A stretch of DNA of 63,831 nucleotides, the filler included, from Octopus bimaculoides (taxonomy: Eukaryota): the NCBI RefSeq assembly GCF_001194135.2. It is 7 parts of 7 records of this genome, joined end to end, with 100 filler letters (N's around TTAATTAATTAA, not from the genome) between each part and the next. Parts side by side here need not be neighbours in the genome. Positions count along the whole stretch, not along the records: positions 19,780 to 38,819 come from NC_068997.1; positions 38,920 to 42,879 come from NC_069003.1; positions 42,980 to 59,722 come from NC_069005.1; 4 more parts are not named here. One strand, 5' to 3'. The position numbers were made by a program, and so were the translations under genes. Below the pieces are notes generated by a model, which was not told the DNA's origin, did no database searches, and was given only the letters and a program-made list of their open reading frames with translations. Positions 37,780 through 49,322 of the stretch are shown in pieces (position 1 is the stretch's first letter; every line of letters starts with the position of its first letter).

Positions 37780-38330
37780 TCCATATTAGACTGGAACGCT
37801 TTTCTGTTGCAGTAAAAATGACAGTGGGTTAGCGCCAAGATAAACATGAACTCAGTGAGATTGACTCGGCGGAATATTCTTTCTGAAAGTCTATAATATC
37901 ACAGTCAATTGCTGTGTTTTCAATGGTGCTAACAATGTATCAGGTGTTTCACCAGATGCGGTGTTTCCGGCAGCCATGGCGTTGTGACAGAGTCAAATGC
38001 CATTTTATAATCAACCAATACTGTTATTGGCTTTTAAAAATACTGTTTTACTTGAGACGATATCTTTGTATTCATTCAAAGTTGTTCAGTACATAACCGT
38101 ACTTAATTTGTTTTCTTCCTGCTTTCTCATAAACCTTGTTGGATTTGTTTTACTGTCACAAAAATTGATTCAGACACGTTGAGCTTGTATACACTATTGA
38201 AACGTGTAACCAATCAAATATTTTCTGCTAAATCAAAGCTTTGATTTTACTAAACTACGACACGCCAGTAAGATACAATGATGTCACTGTCTACACCCAA
38301 ACGCCAGCATACTCTTTGCAGATTTGTTAT
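37780..38330 (-). mobile_element. Decayed R4/Dong-like RT core
   Basis: Minus strand LCTEQL*MN (cf. GCKEQLLIN), VLVDYKMAFDSVTTPWL (D at 38010-12; cf. IDYKKAFDSVPHSW), then RIF..FMFILAL (cf. GIFQGD..LF.LAL). Confidence 0.7.
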
Positions 38331-38599
38331 AGAGCATGTGATTCTAAATAAGTGTTAGAGATGTTTTACAAAATATTTGTGACTCTAGTATTTTGGTATT
38401 TTAGCCTTTACAGAATTAACAAACACTAATAAACGAAGACAACTTACAAATCCATAACGCGTCACATAACAAACTCAGATATATTAAAACACTTACGCAT
38501 ACAGCCATAGATAGGACAATATATTCAAAGCCGTGTATATATGTGTGTGTATCTATTTATCTATCTATCTATCCCCTCTCTTTGTCTCTCTCTCCCCCC

Positions 38600-38805
38600 T
38601 CTCTCTCTCTCTATCTCTATCTCGCTCTTTCTCTCACCATGTTCGACCATTTCTCTATTTATTTCCTCTTATTCCTTTCTGTCGAAGAGCGTAGGCTCGA
38701 AACATAAAGGACTTTTCCATTTTTCCTGAGCGTCAAACTAATACACTTGCTTGTTGTTCCTACATCTATCTTTCTTCGTCTTTGTTTTCTATAAATTTCA
38801 ACTAT
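38600..38805 (+). mobile_element. Penelope-type terminal repeat with hammerhead-like motif
   Basis: CTTT-CTGTCGA-AGAGC-GTAG-GCTC-GAAAC (38675-38703), then CCTGAGCGTCAAACTAATACAC..; homologous to 48400-48570 and 53410-53575. Confidence 0.7.
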
Positions 38806-39059
38806 ATATATGTATATATNNNNNNNNNNNNNNNNNNNNNNNNNNNNNNNNNNNNNNNNNNNNTTAATTAATTAANNNNNNNNNNNNNNNNNNNNNNNNN
38901 NNNNNNNNNNNNNNNNNNNTTTTTCATGAACCATATTTAAAGAAAAAAATTGAAATTGAAATAAAATGTTTAAAATTTTTTTTTCACCTTTCTTTTTTTT
39001 TATATATATATATGTGTGTGTATTTATTTAATCCAAACTAAAAACTTGAGAAAATAATA

Positions 39060-39520
39060 TTATTCTTCGGAGGAAAAAAAATGTCGAAAGAATGAGAAAA
39101 ACACGCTCAAAAAAGAACTTGTTTATTGAAGATATAAAATATAAGGAAATATCCAGGAAAATTTCACGTATTTGATGCCGTTCAAAGATTTGATCACAAC
39201 TAGAATTATTTTAGATGGACTTATCCTGAAAAAAAAAATGAGGAAAAGAATAAAACACAAAACCAGATATTGTTAAACTCGTTGTTTTTGAATACTCCAT
39301 AAGTTTTCTATTGGATTTAAGTCAGAGGATCGAACAGGCCACTTCGTCATCCGAGGTCCGTAGAAGCCTAATTGTTGCAGATACTCTGTAGTTTTCTTTG
39401 CAGAGTGCTAAGGAGTATCATTTTGCATGAATATTATTGTTGTCTTGAAGGTGATTGCCTTGAAGGCGATTATCAGACCACTCGTTAATAATTTGGAACA
39501 CTAAAAGTTCATGGAAATCA
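39060..39520 (-). mobile_element. Tc1-family transposase relic (C-terminal DD34E region)
   Basis: Minus strand WPVRSSDLNPIENLWSI (39341-39291) matches the Tc1 WP.SPDLNPIEN.W motif; upstream LQDNNNIH (cf. QDNAPIH). Confidence 0.85.
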
Positions 39521-39589
39521 TGCAAATGGCTGCGATTTGTTTACACTTGCGCAAAACCTCATATATATATGTGTGTGTATAAAGGAATA

Positions 39590-39760
39590 CAAAAAATGGG
39601 ACAAGAACGCAAAACATCCAGTTAGATGATACAAAAGACGGGTCATTCGAAGTTTTCTTTACTCAAGATAAAAAACCCAAGGCTGTGAAAGTTCTCAGAA
39701 TATATATTAATTATTTCAAGGATATAAATACATCTTTAAAGGTATGTCAGCATCCAGGCT
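39590..39760. repeat. Possible Penelope-type terminal-repeat fragment (second family)
   Basis: GGAATACAAAAAATGGGACAAGAACGCAAAACATCCAG.. next to (AT)/(GT); recognised by general resemblance only. Confidence 0.3.
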
Positions 39761-39962
39761 CCCTAGTTTTATCCAGTGTATCGGTGAAATAGTAAAAGAT
39801 GTTAGCTTCACATTGATGGATATGGGTATATGACCATTTATGTATAACAAAAAGAAAATGGAGAAATTGATACGCAGGCATCAATTTATTGAAACAAATC
39901 TAATTTCGAACATCAAACTCATAGTACTATATATAATACTCTAATATAAATCATTATTATTT

Positions 39963-40036
39963 AGGTCACTGCCTGGAATCGAACTCAGAATTTTGGGGTT
40001 AGTAGCTCGCGCTCTTAACCACTACGACATATGCGC
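39963..40036 (-). pseudogene. tRNA-derived short element or tRNA pseudogene
   Basis: Minus strand GCGCATATGTCGTAGTGGTTAAGAGCGCGAGCTACTAACCCC..GAGTTCGATTCCAGGC has A and B boxes, but the acceptor and T stems do not pair properly. Confidence 0.6.
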
Positions 40037-42111
40037 GTAGGATTTTAAAATCTTTTTTTTATATATTGTGTTCGTTCGTGCATATATCGAGGACCACTTG
40101 CGAATGATGATGGGAAAATATAATTTGCCTCATGTTTTTAACATCGCCATCTGTCCTCAGAGCATCTTGGACATAATTTTTATCCCTTTACTTTTTTTGA
40201 TTGTAACGAATGTAGACGATATGTTGACTCTCAACATTAACATACATATCAACCAGGCATTGCCGAGATAGATCACGATAGATGTGTAATTGATTTGATT
40301 GTTCTGGTCTTAACATCAGGTGGTAAGAATAGAAGTCATTTGATGACACCTTTTTGTTTGTAATTGGCTCTCCTGTTGCAGCTTCCGTCAGTGGAATATG
40401 GAAATGATACCCATCTTGTCCATTCGACAGAATAAGAGGATACTAGGGAGTATCATAAGAGTAATGAGTCTCTGAAACACGTTTAAGGTTGATATCTCAA
40501 GCACGAATATGTCAAATTTCCCTTGACATAAAGATGGCTGCTTCATTAGTTGTGGGCTCATTAAAACGGCGTAAACACACGAACGCAGAAACACACAGAT
40601 ACTCACAGACACATAGACACTCATAGAATTGATAATATTGGAAACAGCAAAACGTACACTCACGAAATTCAAGCGAAACGAAATGTAGTCAATATAGGTG
40701 CAAAACATACTTTCTGTAGCATAGTTATGATACAAAAACATATTTTAGGGAATATTTCTAAAATATATATATATATATATATATATTGGCTTGTACGATA
40801 TTGTAGAAGACTATGCAGTGGGATTGAACTTGTAACCATGTGTTTGGGAAGTAAACTTCTTACAATACAGCCGTGCCATACCCACCTCTATCTATCACAA
40901 TGAATCATATTTATTCAATACAAGTTATAAAAATGAACACAGATGTTGTTTTGTTTTTTTATAAATATATTTTTATTCCAAGAGCACAACGATGTTACAA
41001 TATGTTGGTTGTTTAACATTTAAGATATTTCCACAAAGAAAACTCGAAGTGTTTTCTTTCTGTTTTGTTTTTGTTTTGTTTTTTAATTTGTTCGATTTTT
41101 CTTTTTGAATTTCATTTATGTACAGTTTAGTAATAAAAATTACTTTAGTTTCACCAAAAAAAAAAAAAAAATACAAAATTGTAATTTATGGATCATTTCA
41201 GAGATATAAACTTCACAACCTTCAATGGTTTTAGTTTGAACAAATCGACCCTTGCATTTATAGTTTAATGTCTGGTTTATATTCTGTTTGTTCTTGTTTA
41301 CTGGATCACTAGGTTACAGGGACGTAAACAAACTAACATTGGTTGTCAAGTGATGGAAATTGGTGACAGACACAATCACATACACACAAGTATGTGCGCA
41401 CATGTGTATGAATGTATGTGTCAGTATATGTGTGTGTTTTTGTGTGTGTCAGTGTGTGTGTGTGTGTGTGATAAGTGTTAGTGTAGACTAGTGATAAATT
41501 TGGTACAGCAGTGAAAGCTCGGGGTGGGGATTTGGAGAAGGCCAGTTGAGCAAAGACTTAAAGAAATATTGGTGGTAATTTCGGAGTGCTTCAAATACAT
41601 TAAGACAAAAAAGGTTATCATGACCACCACAAATTGGAATAAGTCAGTATGTTAGTCTGTTAGGGAATGTCGTGTAGGTTTACTACAAAAATTATGTGGG
41701 AGGTGAGACAGAGACAGGAAGAGAGGGAGAGGGTATTGCCATTGTTGATAAACTAGTTGTCTACGAGTAGCAGATGGGAAAAGGAGAGACAGATAAAGAT
41801 GTGACCTCTCAAACAATCATTGAATAAAGAAGGAGTAACGGATGAAGGAAAATATGGAACGTCTTGTAAAAAGTGTTTTGAATTTATACACATGCTAAAG
41901 TTCAAAAAGGTCAATAGGAATGGAATTTAATCGGTTTATCTGAACTGAATTCATTTGGCAAATTTGACAGATAGCACGCATAAATTCAGAGCACAAGTTC
42001 TGAGAATAACAGACAGACACTTGTAAATCATAGTTTCAATTTCTGGTAAAACATTTTGTATATGTACACATACACACACCATATGTGCATCCTTTCATAC
42101 AAATATACAGT

Positions 42112-42144
<33 letters not shown>

Positions 42145-42158
42145 NNNNNNNNNNATAC

Positions 42159-42197
<39 letters not shown>

Positions 42198-42216
42198 ACA
42201 AACACGTGCCATATAT

Positions 42217-42400
42217 CAGTGTTTTTCAACCAGGGCACATATGGTCCCTGGGGAATCATGAAAGATTTTTCAGGGGTCCACACAGCAAAACAGTAAATTC
42301 GAGATCTGCAATAAGAGTCCCTAAAAAAAAATATCAATTTAAATGTTTGTATTGGTGTTACAAGAAACAGCTAAGTTTCTTTCTCTAACACTTTACTCAG
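42217..42400 (+). mobile_element. hAT-like MITE left end
   Basis: CAGTGTTTTTCAACC terminus followed by GGTCCCTGGGG..GGGGTCCAC GC-rich subterminal motifs. No right TIR visible. Confidence 0.5.
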
Positions 42401-42980
42401 TTCAACCAACACAAGTGAATGTACGAAACTATGATCTTACTCTCAAGAGCGCAACACCCTAGCGACTAAGCCATGCAATACCCTAGCAACTGAGACATCC
42501 TTATATTTTGTTCAAAATGCTCAGAAAGTAGAAAGCTATGAAATGAAAAGTAGAGTTATATTTAGAATCTCTCCCATCAGTGGGAGATCAAGAAATAGCC
42601 AGATGTATTGGATGACTATTGCCTTGTCATTGCCTGTTACAACACCACATTTAGTGGCAAAATATATAAATACAAAGAACAGTGGGGTACAAAATAAATT
42701 AAGGAATAAATATATAAATAAATACAAATAAATAAACATCTATACAGATATATATATATATATATATATATCATCGTAAATATATATATATAAATATAAA
42801 TATATATATATATCATCGTTAATTATTAATTCTATTACTAATTGACGATTCCCTGCCCTTATTCTTGTATATATATATANNNNNNNNNNNNNNNNNNNNN
42901 NNNNNNNNNNNNNNNNNNNNNNNTTAATTAATTAANNNNNNNNNNNNNNNNNNNNNNNNNNNNNNNNNNNNNNNNNNNNA

Positions 42981-43110
42981 AAGAAACCGATAGAATAAGT
43001 ACTAGGCTTACAAAGAATAAGTCCTGGGGTCGATTTGCTCGACTAAAGGCGGTGCTCCAGCATGGCCGCAGTCAAATGACTGAAACAATTAAAAGAGTAA
43101 AAGAGTAAAG
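42981..43110 (+). mobile_element. SINE family A, 3' end
   Basis: Near-exact match to 54340-54461. Confidence 0.92.
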
Positions 43111-43119
43111 AGTACAAAA

Positions 43120-43354
43120 AAATTCGTCGCAAAATCTCACGTAAAAATGTCGCCGAAAACAATCGCAGTAATGAAAAGCTGGGAATCCAAAATTTCAGGA
43201 TTGTGGGTCCGGATTCGGCCCGGAATGTTTTTAATTTACTCACGGAGTCACCCTGATTCCGAAATAGTATATGTTGGGCTACGGCCTCTAGGAGTAAAGT
43301 TGAAAAAGTGTGACACACTGACATACTGACGTTAGCATTTATTATTATATTAGA
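43120..43354 (-). mobile_element. Non-autonomous Helitron 5' portion
   Basis: Minus strand A|TCTAATATAATAATAAATGC..GTCAGTATGTCAGTGTGTCAC: 5'-TC terminus after A, AT-rich run and GTCA-type microrepeats. Confidence 0.6.
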
Positions 43355-43620
43355 TGTAACATAAACATACATTGTAACAGCTTTAATATCTGTTACGTAA
43401 TAAGAATCTAGAGCACAGACAGTAACAAGTGTGTTATCTTTAACACTCTGGAATGCAATGTAACTACCATAAATGCCGTGAAATTTGTAACAGTGTGTGA
43501 TAGAGGCTTACATTGTCACCTCTATGACATCTGCAAATACTAAATTTATACTCGGGCTAAGCTCGAGCAGCCCGAGTGTCGGAGGCGTCACTGATATATA
43601 TGTATATGTATATATGTATG

Positions 43621-43666
<46 letters not shown>

Positions 43667-43823
43667 CACCCACACAGACACAGGCACAAACACACACACG
43701 GTTTAAAATAAATCACTTTACCAATAATGTTCTATTTCTCACAGATTTAAAAATAAATTCATATCTACAAGAGAACTGGCTTCAATAGTTTCATATTTTC
43801 CCCTTGTCTGTCCCAAACAGCAA

Positions 43824-44039
43824 CGAGGGGCTGTAGAAAAATTTCTGGCTTCAAGGGTACCGTGAAAGGCCTGGCTCGAGGCCCAACCTTCCGAGTTCTT
43901 TTACAGGGATTAGAAAACCCGAAGGACCGCTGCAAGAAGTGTGAACCTGAGAGGGGAATATGTTCAATAAAATCATAATTAACTGATCCTCTTGTATTTT
44001 CTTTTATCCAAAGCCAGGAACTTTCCAGCACCCGCCTCG
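43824..44039 (+). mobile_element. mariner-derived MITE (internally deleted)
   Basis: Left CGAGGGGCTGTAGAAAAATTTCTGGCTT and right AAGCCAGGAACTTTCCAGCACCCGCCTCG followed by TA. The interior resembles the end of a mariner transposase. Confidence 0.7.
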
Positions 44040-44450
44040 TATATCAAGCTTGTTATGTTTACTTTAAATATTTATCTTGAGGGTGATGTTTTGCACGGAT
44101 GGTGTTGTATATTCCATTAACAATAATATCGTGATGCTTTGAGAGATAGTAATTTAATGACATTTTTTGGCAGTTTCTGAACATGTGTAACAACTTACAT
44201 AAAAATAATGTGATATAATAGACATTTTCGATCGCATCTTGGGTGTTTAACTGCTTCGCTGTCACTTTTATCTAATAGATATTTTGTAGATGAATCCTAC
44301 TCATGAAATGAAAGAGTATAACTTTGAAAATGTGATGATGTAACGGTCACGAGTGTGAGAGAGGCTACACTTTACATCAATGTTTAGCGCCATCTTAAAG
44401 TTGATGAGAAAAATCGATGCGTAAATTTCTGGCGCTTCTTTTTTATCGTT

Positions 44451-44911
44451 TATCTTTTACTTGTTTCAGTCATTAGACTGCGGCCATGCCGGGGCATACA
44501 TAACCTTCGAGAATTTTTAATCGAATGAATTGGCGCCAGTACTATTTCTTTAAGCCTGGTATTCATTTTATCGGTGTCTTTTGCCGAACCACGAATGTAC
44601 AGGAACGTAAACACACCAACACCGACTGTCAGGTGGTGGTGAAGGGGACAAACACAGACACAAAAATACACACATAGACACACATATGCACGTACACGCG
44701 CGCACACACACACATACGCGCGAGCGCACACACACACATACGCGCGAGCGCACACACGTATACGACAGGCTTCTTTCAGTTTCCGTCTAGCAAACCCACT
44801 CACAAGGCTTTGGTGGGCCCGAGGCTATAGCAGAAGACACTTGCCCAAGGTGCCACGCAGTGGGACTGAATCTGAGAGCAAACTTCTTGTCACACAGCTC
44901 CATTTGCGCCT
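44451..44911 (-). mobile_element. SINE family A, full length
   Basis: Tail at 44451 and head ..TGCGCCT at 44911, with internal (CA)/(CG) repeats. Confidence 0.9.
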
Positions 44912-45186
44912 ATTATGTTAATTGTTTCTCACCAAATTTTTGTAGAGACACGGTAGTCCATTCCACGGTTGCATGAAATGTCTTCGAGGAACTGAATACT
45001 CTTTGGGGAGTTCACGTCAGACCGGTAAGTTGTTGTTCTCCTCACTTTACAATTCTTCCTTTTGCTGCGGTTATTTGGTAATTGGCTGAGTGACACCAGG
45101 TGATACACAAATGTCTGGACGGATGATAAGATTCTCACCATATTTTTCTTCCGAGACAGCGTCTATCAGTAACACTATTGCCAGTT

Positions 45187-45486
45187 TTAACCCATTACCT
45201 CCCATAATTCTATTAACTGGAATTTTTTTTAATGAAACTTTGATTTCTAGTATAAAACAGCCTTAGAAACACGCTGGGATGATCAAAATAACATTTCAAA
45301 ATAACATTTTAAATAGAAATAAGCGAGATATTGGGTGAAAAATTAGCAAACCTCATTTGAATATCAGAGAAATATACCTAGTAGATATAGCAAAAAGGTT
45401 AGATATGTGTAAATATTGACAGATTATTATGAAATTTGTAATTTTTAAGTGATCTCATATGAGATCACTGGTAGGTAATGGGTTAA
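45187..45486. mobile_element. piggyBac-like MITE
   Basis: TTAA-CCCATTACCT (45187-45200) and AGGTAATGGG-TTAA (45473-45486) form a perfect 14-bp inverted pair including TTAA. Perfect 22-bp palindrome AGTGATCTCATATGAGATCACT at 45448-45469. Confidence 0.75.
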
Positions 45487-46458
45487 TGTCTTCAAAAAAA
45501 TTCACCCCACCCCTAGACCAGTTAAGTATCCCAGGTGTTGGTGCTTGTATTAGTAATGCGTTAAGGAGGTACTCCAAAGAGTTTGGTATAACAGTCTTTA
45601 GTCGCTATCTTCCTTCGTGGCAACTTTACACGAAACGTTTTCATCAATAGCTAAGACTTGTAGCATTTGTGGCGTGGAACAGGACAGACGAGAGAATGAC
45701 TGTAGACATAAAGTTTTGAGGTTTGAGAAGTAAATTTTCCACGTCTAACTATCTCATAAGCAATTCTTTTGGCCAAATTCCATCTCTATATCCATTTAAA
45801 ATGTTCTTGCTAAATCCAGTGGTTTCTCATAAATGTAAATATTTCCAGTATAGATCTTTACATCGTCCGACGTAAATTATGGGTTACGTTTATGTAACTT
45901 GGCACTAACATATAATTACTGGATTTTTGTCAAAGAAATTGAGTGGATTTGGTGCCAAAATAAACAGAAGCACAGACAAGATGTCTCGCTGGAAGATTCC
46001 TTCGGAAATATTTATAACATAAATACATGTATATGTTTAGTTTAATTTTCTTCTTTTACTGGTCTCACTCATGGAACTATAGCCATGCTGGAGCAACACT
46101 GTCACTTATATTCATCCCCAGTAAGTACTTATTTCAATCTGGTACATTTTAATTATTAATTGGATGCTTAATTAATCTTTTGGGACAAAGAGACGCAACT
46201 GAAAGGACTAATTACACCGGTATAAAACGTACGCGTGCATACATTCACATACGTATGACAAGCGTACAAACAGTTTTTTTTTATTTTCATCAAATTTCAC
46301 TCACAGATCGTTGGTCAACTGGAGTTTAGAGACGGTGAGATCGAACCCGGAACAAAGTGCTTTAGAAGAAGAATTCTTAACCACACGACAATTCTTGCAT
46401 TTTGTATTCGTGTTATGTACGTATATTTGGATGTCTGCGTGCAAGAATATGTGCATCT

Positions 46459-46505
<47 letters not shown>

Positions 46506-46518
46506 ATTATCTACAGAT

Positions 46519-47200
46519 TAGACATGATGTTGTAGCTGTGACCCTCTTTAATGAAATCCGTCGAAAGGATAATCCTGAGGACAAAGAAATAAGAACCCAC
46601 AATATGGTAGAAGCCATAGCCACTCATAATAAAAAGGAATACTGGTGGAATGTCCTAGTGAAGACCTCAATAAAATGTAAGCACAACAGATCTGAAATAA
46701 TGATTTGGGATAGAGAAGAGAAACTTGTACAGTCGACAGTAGCTGAAGATCAGTGGAAAAGCGAACACCTATGGTGAACTATAGAGAAATCTGCAGTTAT
46801 TCTATCCAGATTAAAAGTTCAGGTTTATACCTGTAATTATTGGGGCCCTGGAATTCTTGAGAAATTAGGCTTTTCAAAACCAGAAAGGAGAAAGCTGATT
46901 CGGAGACAACAGATTCAATCCATCACTGGAACTGTAAAAATCTGTAAGACTTTCCAGAAGTTTATCATTTAAATACATATGAACATGTTTAGATAAGCAA
47001 CTATATGCATGAGAATACATACATAAAACATACAAATCTGCACATACATACATACATACATACATACAAGCAAAAATACCTTGTTGTTGATGTTGAAATT
47101 CCAATGAAGAAGCTTTGCATCTAGGTTAGAAACAGGTTCTTTCTGTATTGGCAAGAAATATTGAAAATTCTTGCCGATAATGACATACATACATACATAC
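46519..47200 (+). mobile_element. RLE-type non-LTR retrotransposon 3' end with 3' UTR
   Basis: RHDVVAVTLFNEIRRKD..YWWNVLVKTSIKCKHNRSEIMIWDREEK (cf. HNRPDI..WD) ..LEKLGFSKPERRKLIRR.QIQSITGTVKICKTFQKF*. The UTR has an internal and a terminal (TACA)n. Confidence 0.85.
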
Positions 47201-47769
47201 ATACATACATACATACATACGTACATACATACATAATACATACGTACAAACATACAAACGTGTGTAGCTGTGTGTGTTTTCATTTCTTGACTGGAGATTA
47301 ATAAAAAATATATTTCAGCCGTTCATCTGCTTTTATAGAAAACACAATCTATTTCTCATGCAACTAAGGACAGCCATGTTCTTAAATCTGCATTAATTTA
47401 AAACAAGACTCATAATATTTAAAATAAAATGAGTTCCTGTTTTTCTTTCCCCCTCGTAATTCTACGCGCAACTATTCATTCTTTATATTTCAATGTGCTG
47501 TAAGGTAATCATCTGTAATGTAGGAATTATAGAGCTCTGTCGTTTCTTTTAGACGCCTACTTCAGCCATTATTTGATCTTGGTGGGTTGATGGATATCCT
47601 TTCACGCCATGTTATTTGGCATAAAGCTGGAAGCATATTTCGGACCCTGGCTTTACAGATCCTTCATCAATAGTCAATCTATGTCGTCCTCCTCCGCTAT
47701 TTTTCTTACAACGTTGACAACAGGTGAGTCAGCGAGCATGTTTCCAGGGAGACATCCTAAACAGTAGGC

Positions 47770-47920
47770 TTAGGTGTTACTGTGTAGTAAGAAGCTTGCT
47801 TCTCAACCACATAGTTCTGGGTTCAGTCTAACTGCGTGACACCTTGGGCAAGTTTTTTCTACTATAGCCTAAGGCTGACCAAAGCCTTCTGTGTGAATTT
47901 GGTAGACGGAACCTGAAATA
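47770..47920 (+). mobile_element. SINE family A, head
   Basis: TGTGTAGTAAGAAGCTTGCTTCTCAACCACATAGTTCTGGGTTCAGTC..CCTTGGGCAAG. Confidence 0.85.
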
Positions 47921-47929
47921 TATATACAT

Positions 47930-47966
<37 letters not shown>

Positions 47967-48399
47967 NNNNNNNNNNNNNNNNNNNNNNNNNNNNNNNNNN
48001 NNNNNNNNNNNNNNNNNNNNNNNNNNNNNNNNNNNNNNNNNNNNNNNNNNNNNNNNNNNNNNNNNNNNNNNNNNNNNNNNNNNNNNNNNNNNNNNNNNNN
48101 NNNNNNNNNNNNNNNNNNNNNNNNNNNNNNNNNNNNNNNNNNNNNNNNNNNNNNNNNNNNNNNNNNNNNNNNNNNNNNNNNNNNNNNNNNNNNNNNNNNN
48201 NNNNNNNNNNNNNNNNNNNNNNNNNNNNNNNNNNNNNNNNNNNNNNNNNNNNNNNNNNNNNNNNNNNNNNNNNNNNNNNNNNNNNNNNNNNNNNNNNNNN
48301 NNNNNNNNNNNNNNNNNNNNNNNNNNNNNNNNNNNNNNNNNNNNNNNNNNNNNNNNNNNNNNNNNNNNNNNNNNNNNNNNNNNNNNNNNNNNNNTTATT

Positions 48400-48570
48400 C
48401 ATTCTCTCTGCTTTTTGTTTTTTTTTCTTTTATGCTCTTAACCCTTTCTGTCGAAGAGCGTAAGCTCGAAACATAAAATACTTTTCCATTGTTCTCGAGC
48501 GTTAAACTGATACACCTGCTTGTTGTTCCTACACCTGTCTTCGTCTTTCGTTTTCTGTAAATTTGAACTA
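48400..48570 (+). mobile_element. Penelope-type terminal repeat with hammerhead-like motif
   Basis: CTTT-CTGTCGA-AGAGC-GTAA-GCTC-GAAAC at 48444-48472; homologous to 38600-38805. Confidence 0.7.
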
Positions 48571-48594
48571 TATATATATATATATATATATATA

Positions 48595-48815
48595 TCTGCC
48601 GGGGTCTCTTTCCATTCACAAGTTCCCCATATAGCATCTGCTTAGGGATCCTGCTATATTTCATTCTAATAAGGCGTCCAGTCCAACGTAACTGGTGCTC
48701 AAGATATTTAAGAAATGTGTCAAATCCTCATTAAAGGCCTGCGATATGCAGGAGAAGGAGATTGACTGGGAGAGCAATGCCTGTCATCGTCACATATGGA
48801 GGAAGCAGACGATAA
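48595..48815. mobile_element. RTE-clade LINE C-terminal fragment with internal inversion
   Basis: Minus strand about 48710 to 48595: HQLRWTGRLIRMKYSRIPKQMLYGELVNGKRPRQ. Plus strand from about 48701: KIFKKCVKSSLKACDMQEKEIDWESNACHRHIWRK, the natural continuation. Confidence 0.8.
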
Positions 48816-48894
48816 AATTATGAAAAGTTTTTTACAAATTTTTAGTTCCAGTGATGGCTTGATCTGTAGTCTTCGAATCAGCTTTCTCCTTTCT
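48815..48894 (-). mobile_element. Short copy of the 46.5-kb RLE family C-terminus
   Basis: Reverse complement AGAAAGGAGAAAGCTGATTCGAAGACTACAGATCAAGCCATCACTGGAACT matches 46888-46935. Abuts (TATG)n. Confidence 0.8.
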
Positions 48895-48936
48895 ATGTAT
48901 GTATGTATGTATGTACGTATGTGTGTATGTGTGTGT

Positions 48937-49322
48937 GGAGGCGCAATGGCCCAGTGGTTAGGGCAGCGGACTCGCAGTCATAGGATCGCGGTTTCGATTC
49001 CCAGCCCGGGCGTTGTGAGTGTTTATTGAGCGAAAACACCTAAAGCTCCACGAGGCTCCGGCATGGGATGGTGGCGAACCCTGCTGTACTCTTCCACCAC
49101 AACTTTCTCTCACTCTTACTTCCTGTTTCTGTTGTGCCTGTAATTCAAAGGGTCAGCCTTGTCACACTGTGTCATGCTGAATATCCCCCGAGAACTACGT
49201 TAAGGGTACACATGTCTGTGGAGTGCTCAGCCACTTGCACGTTAATTTCACGAGCAGGCTGTTCCGTTGATCGGATCAACTGGAACCCTCGACGTCGTAA
49301 GCAACGGAGTGCCAACAACAAT
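48937..49322 (+). mobile_element. tRNA-derived SINE family C, full length
   Basis: Head GGAGGCGCAATGGCCCAGTGGTTAGGGCAGCGGACTCGC..GGTTTCGATTCCC (A and B boxes), ~380-bp body, tail CCAACAACAA. Confidence 0.85.

Noticed and set aside
39963-40036. Functional tRNA gene
   Set aside because: The Pol III boxes are present but the acceptor and T stems do not pair, so it was kept only as a tRNA-derived relic.
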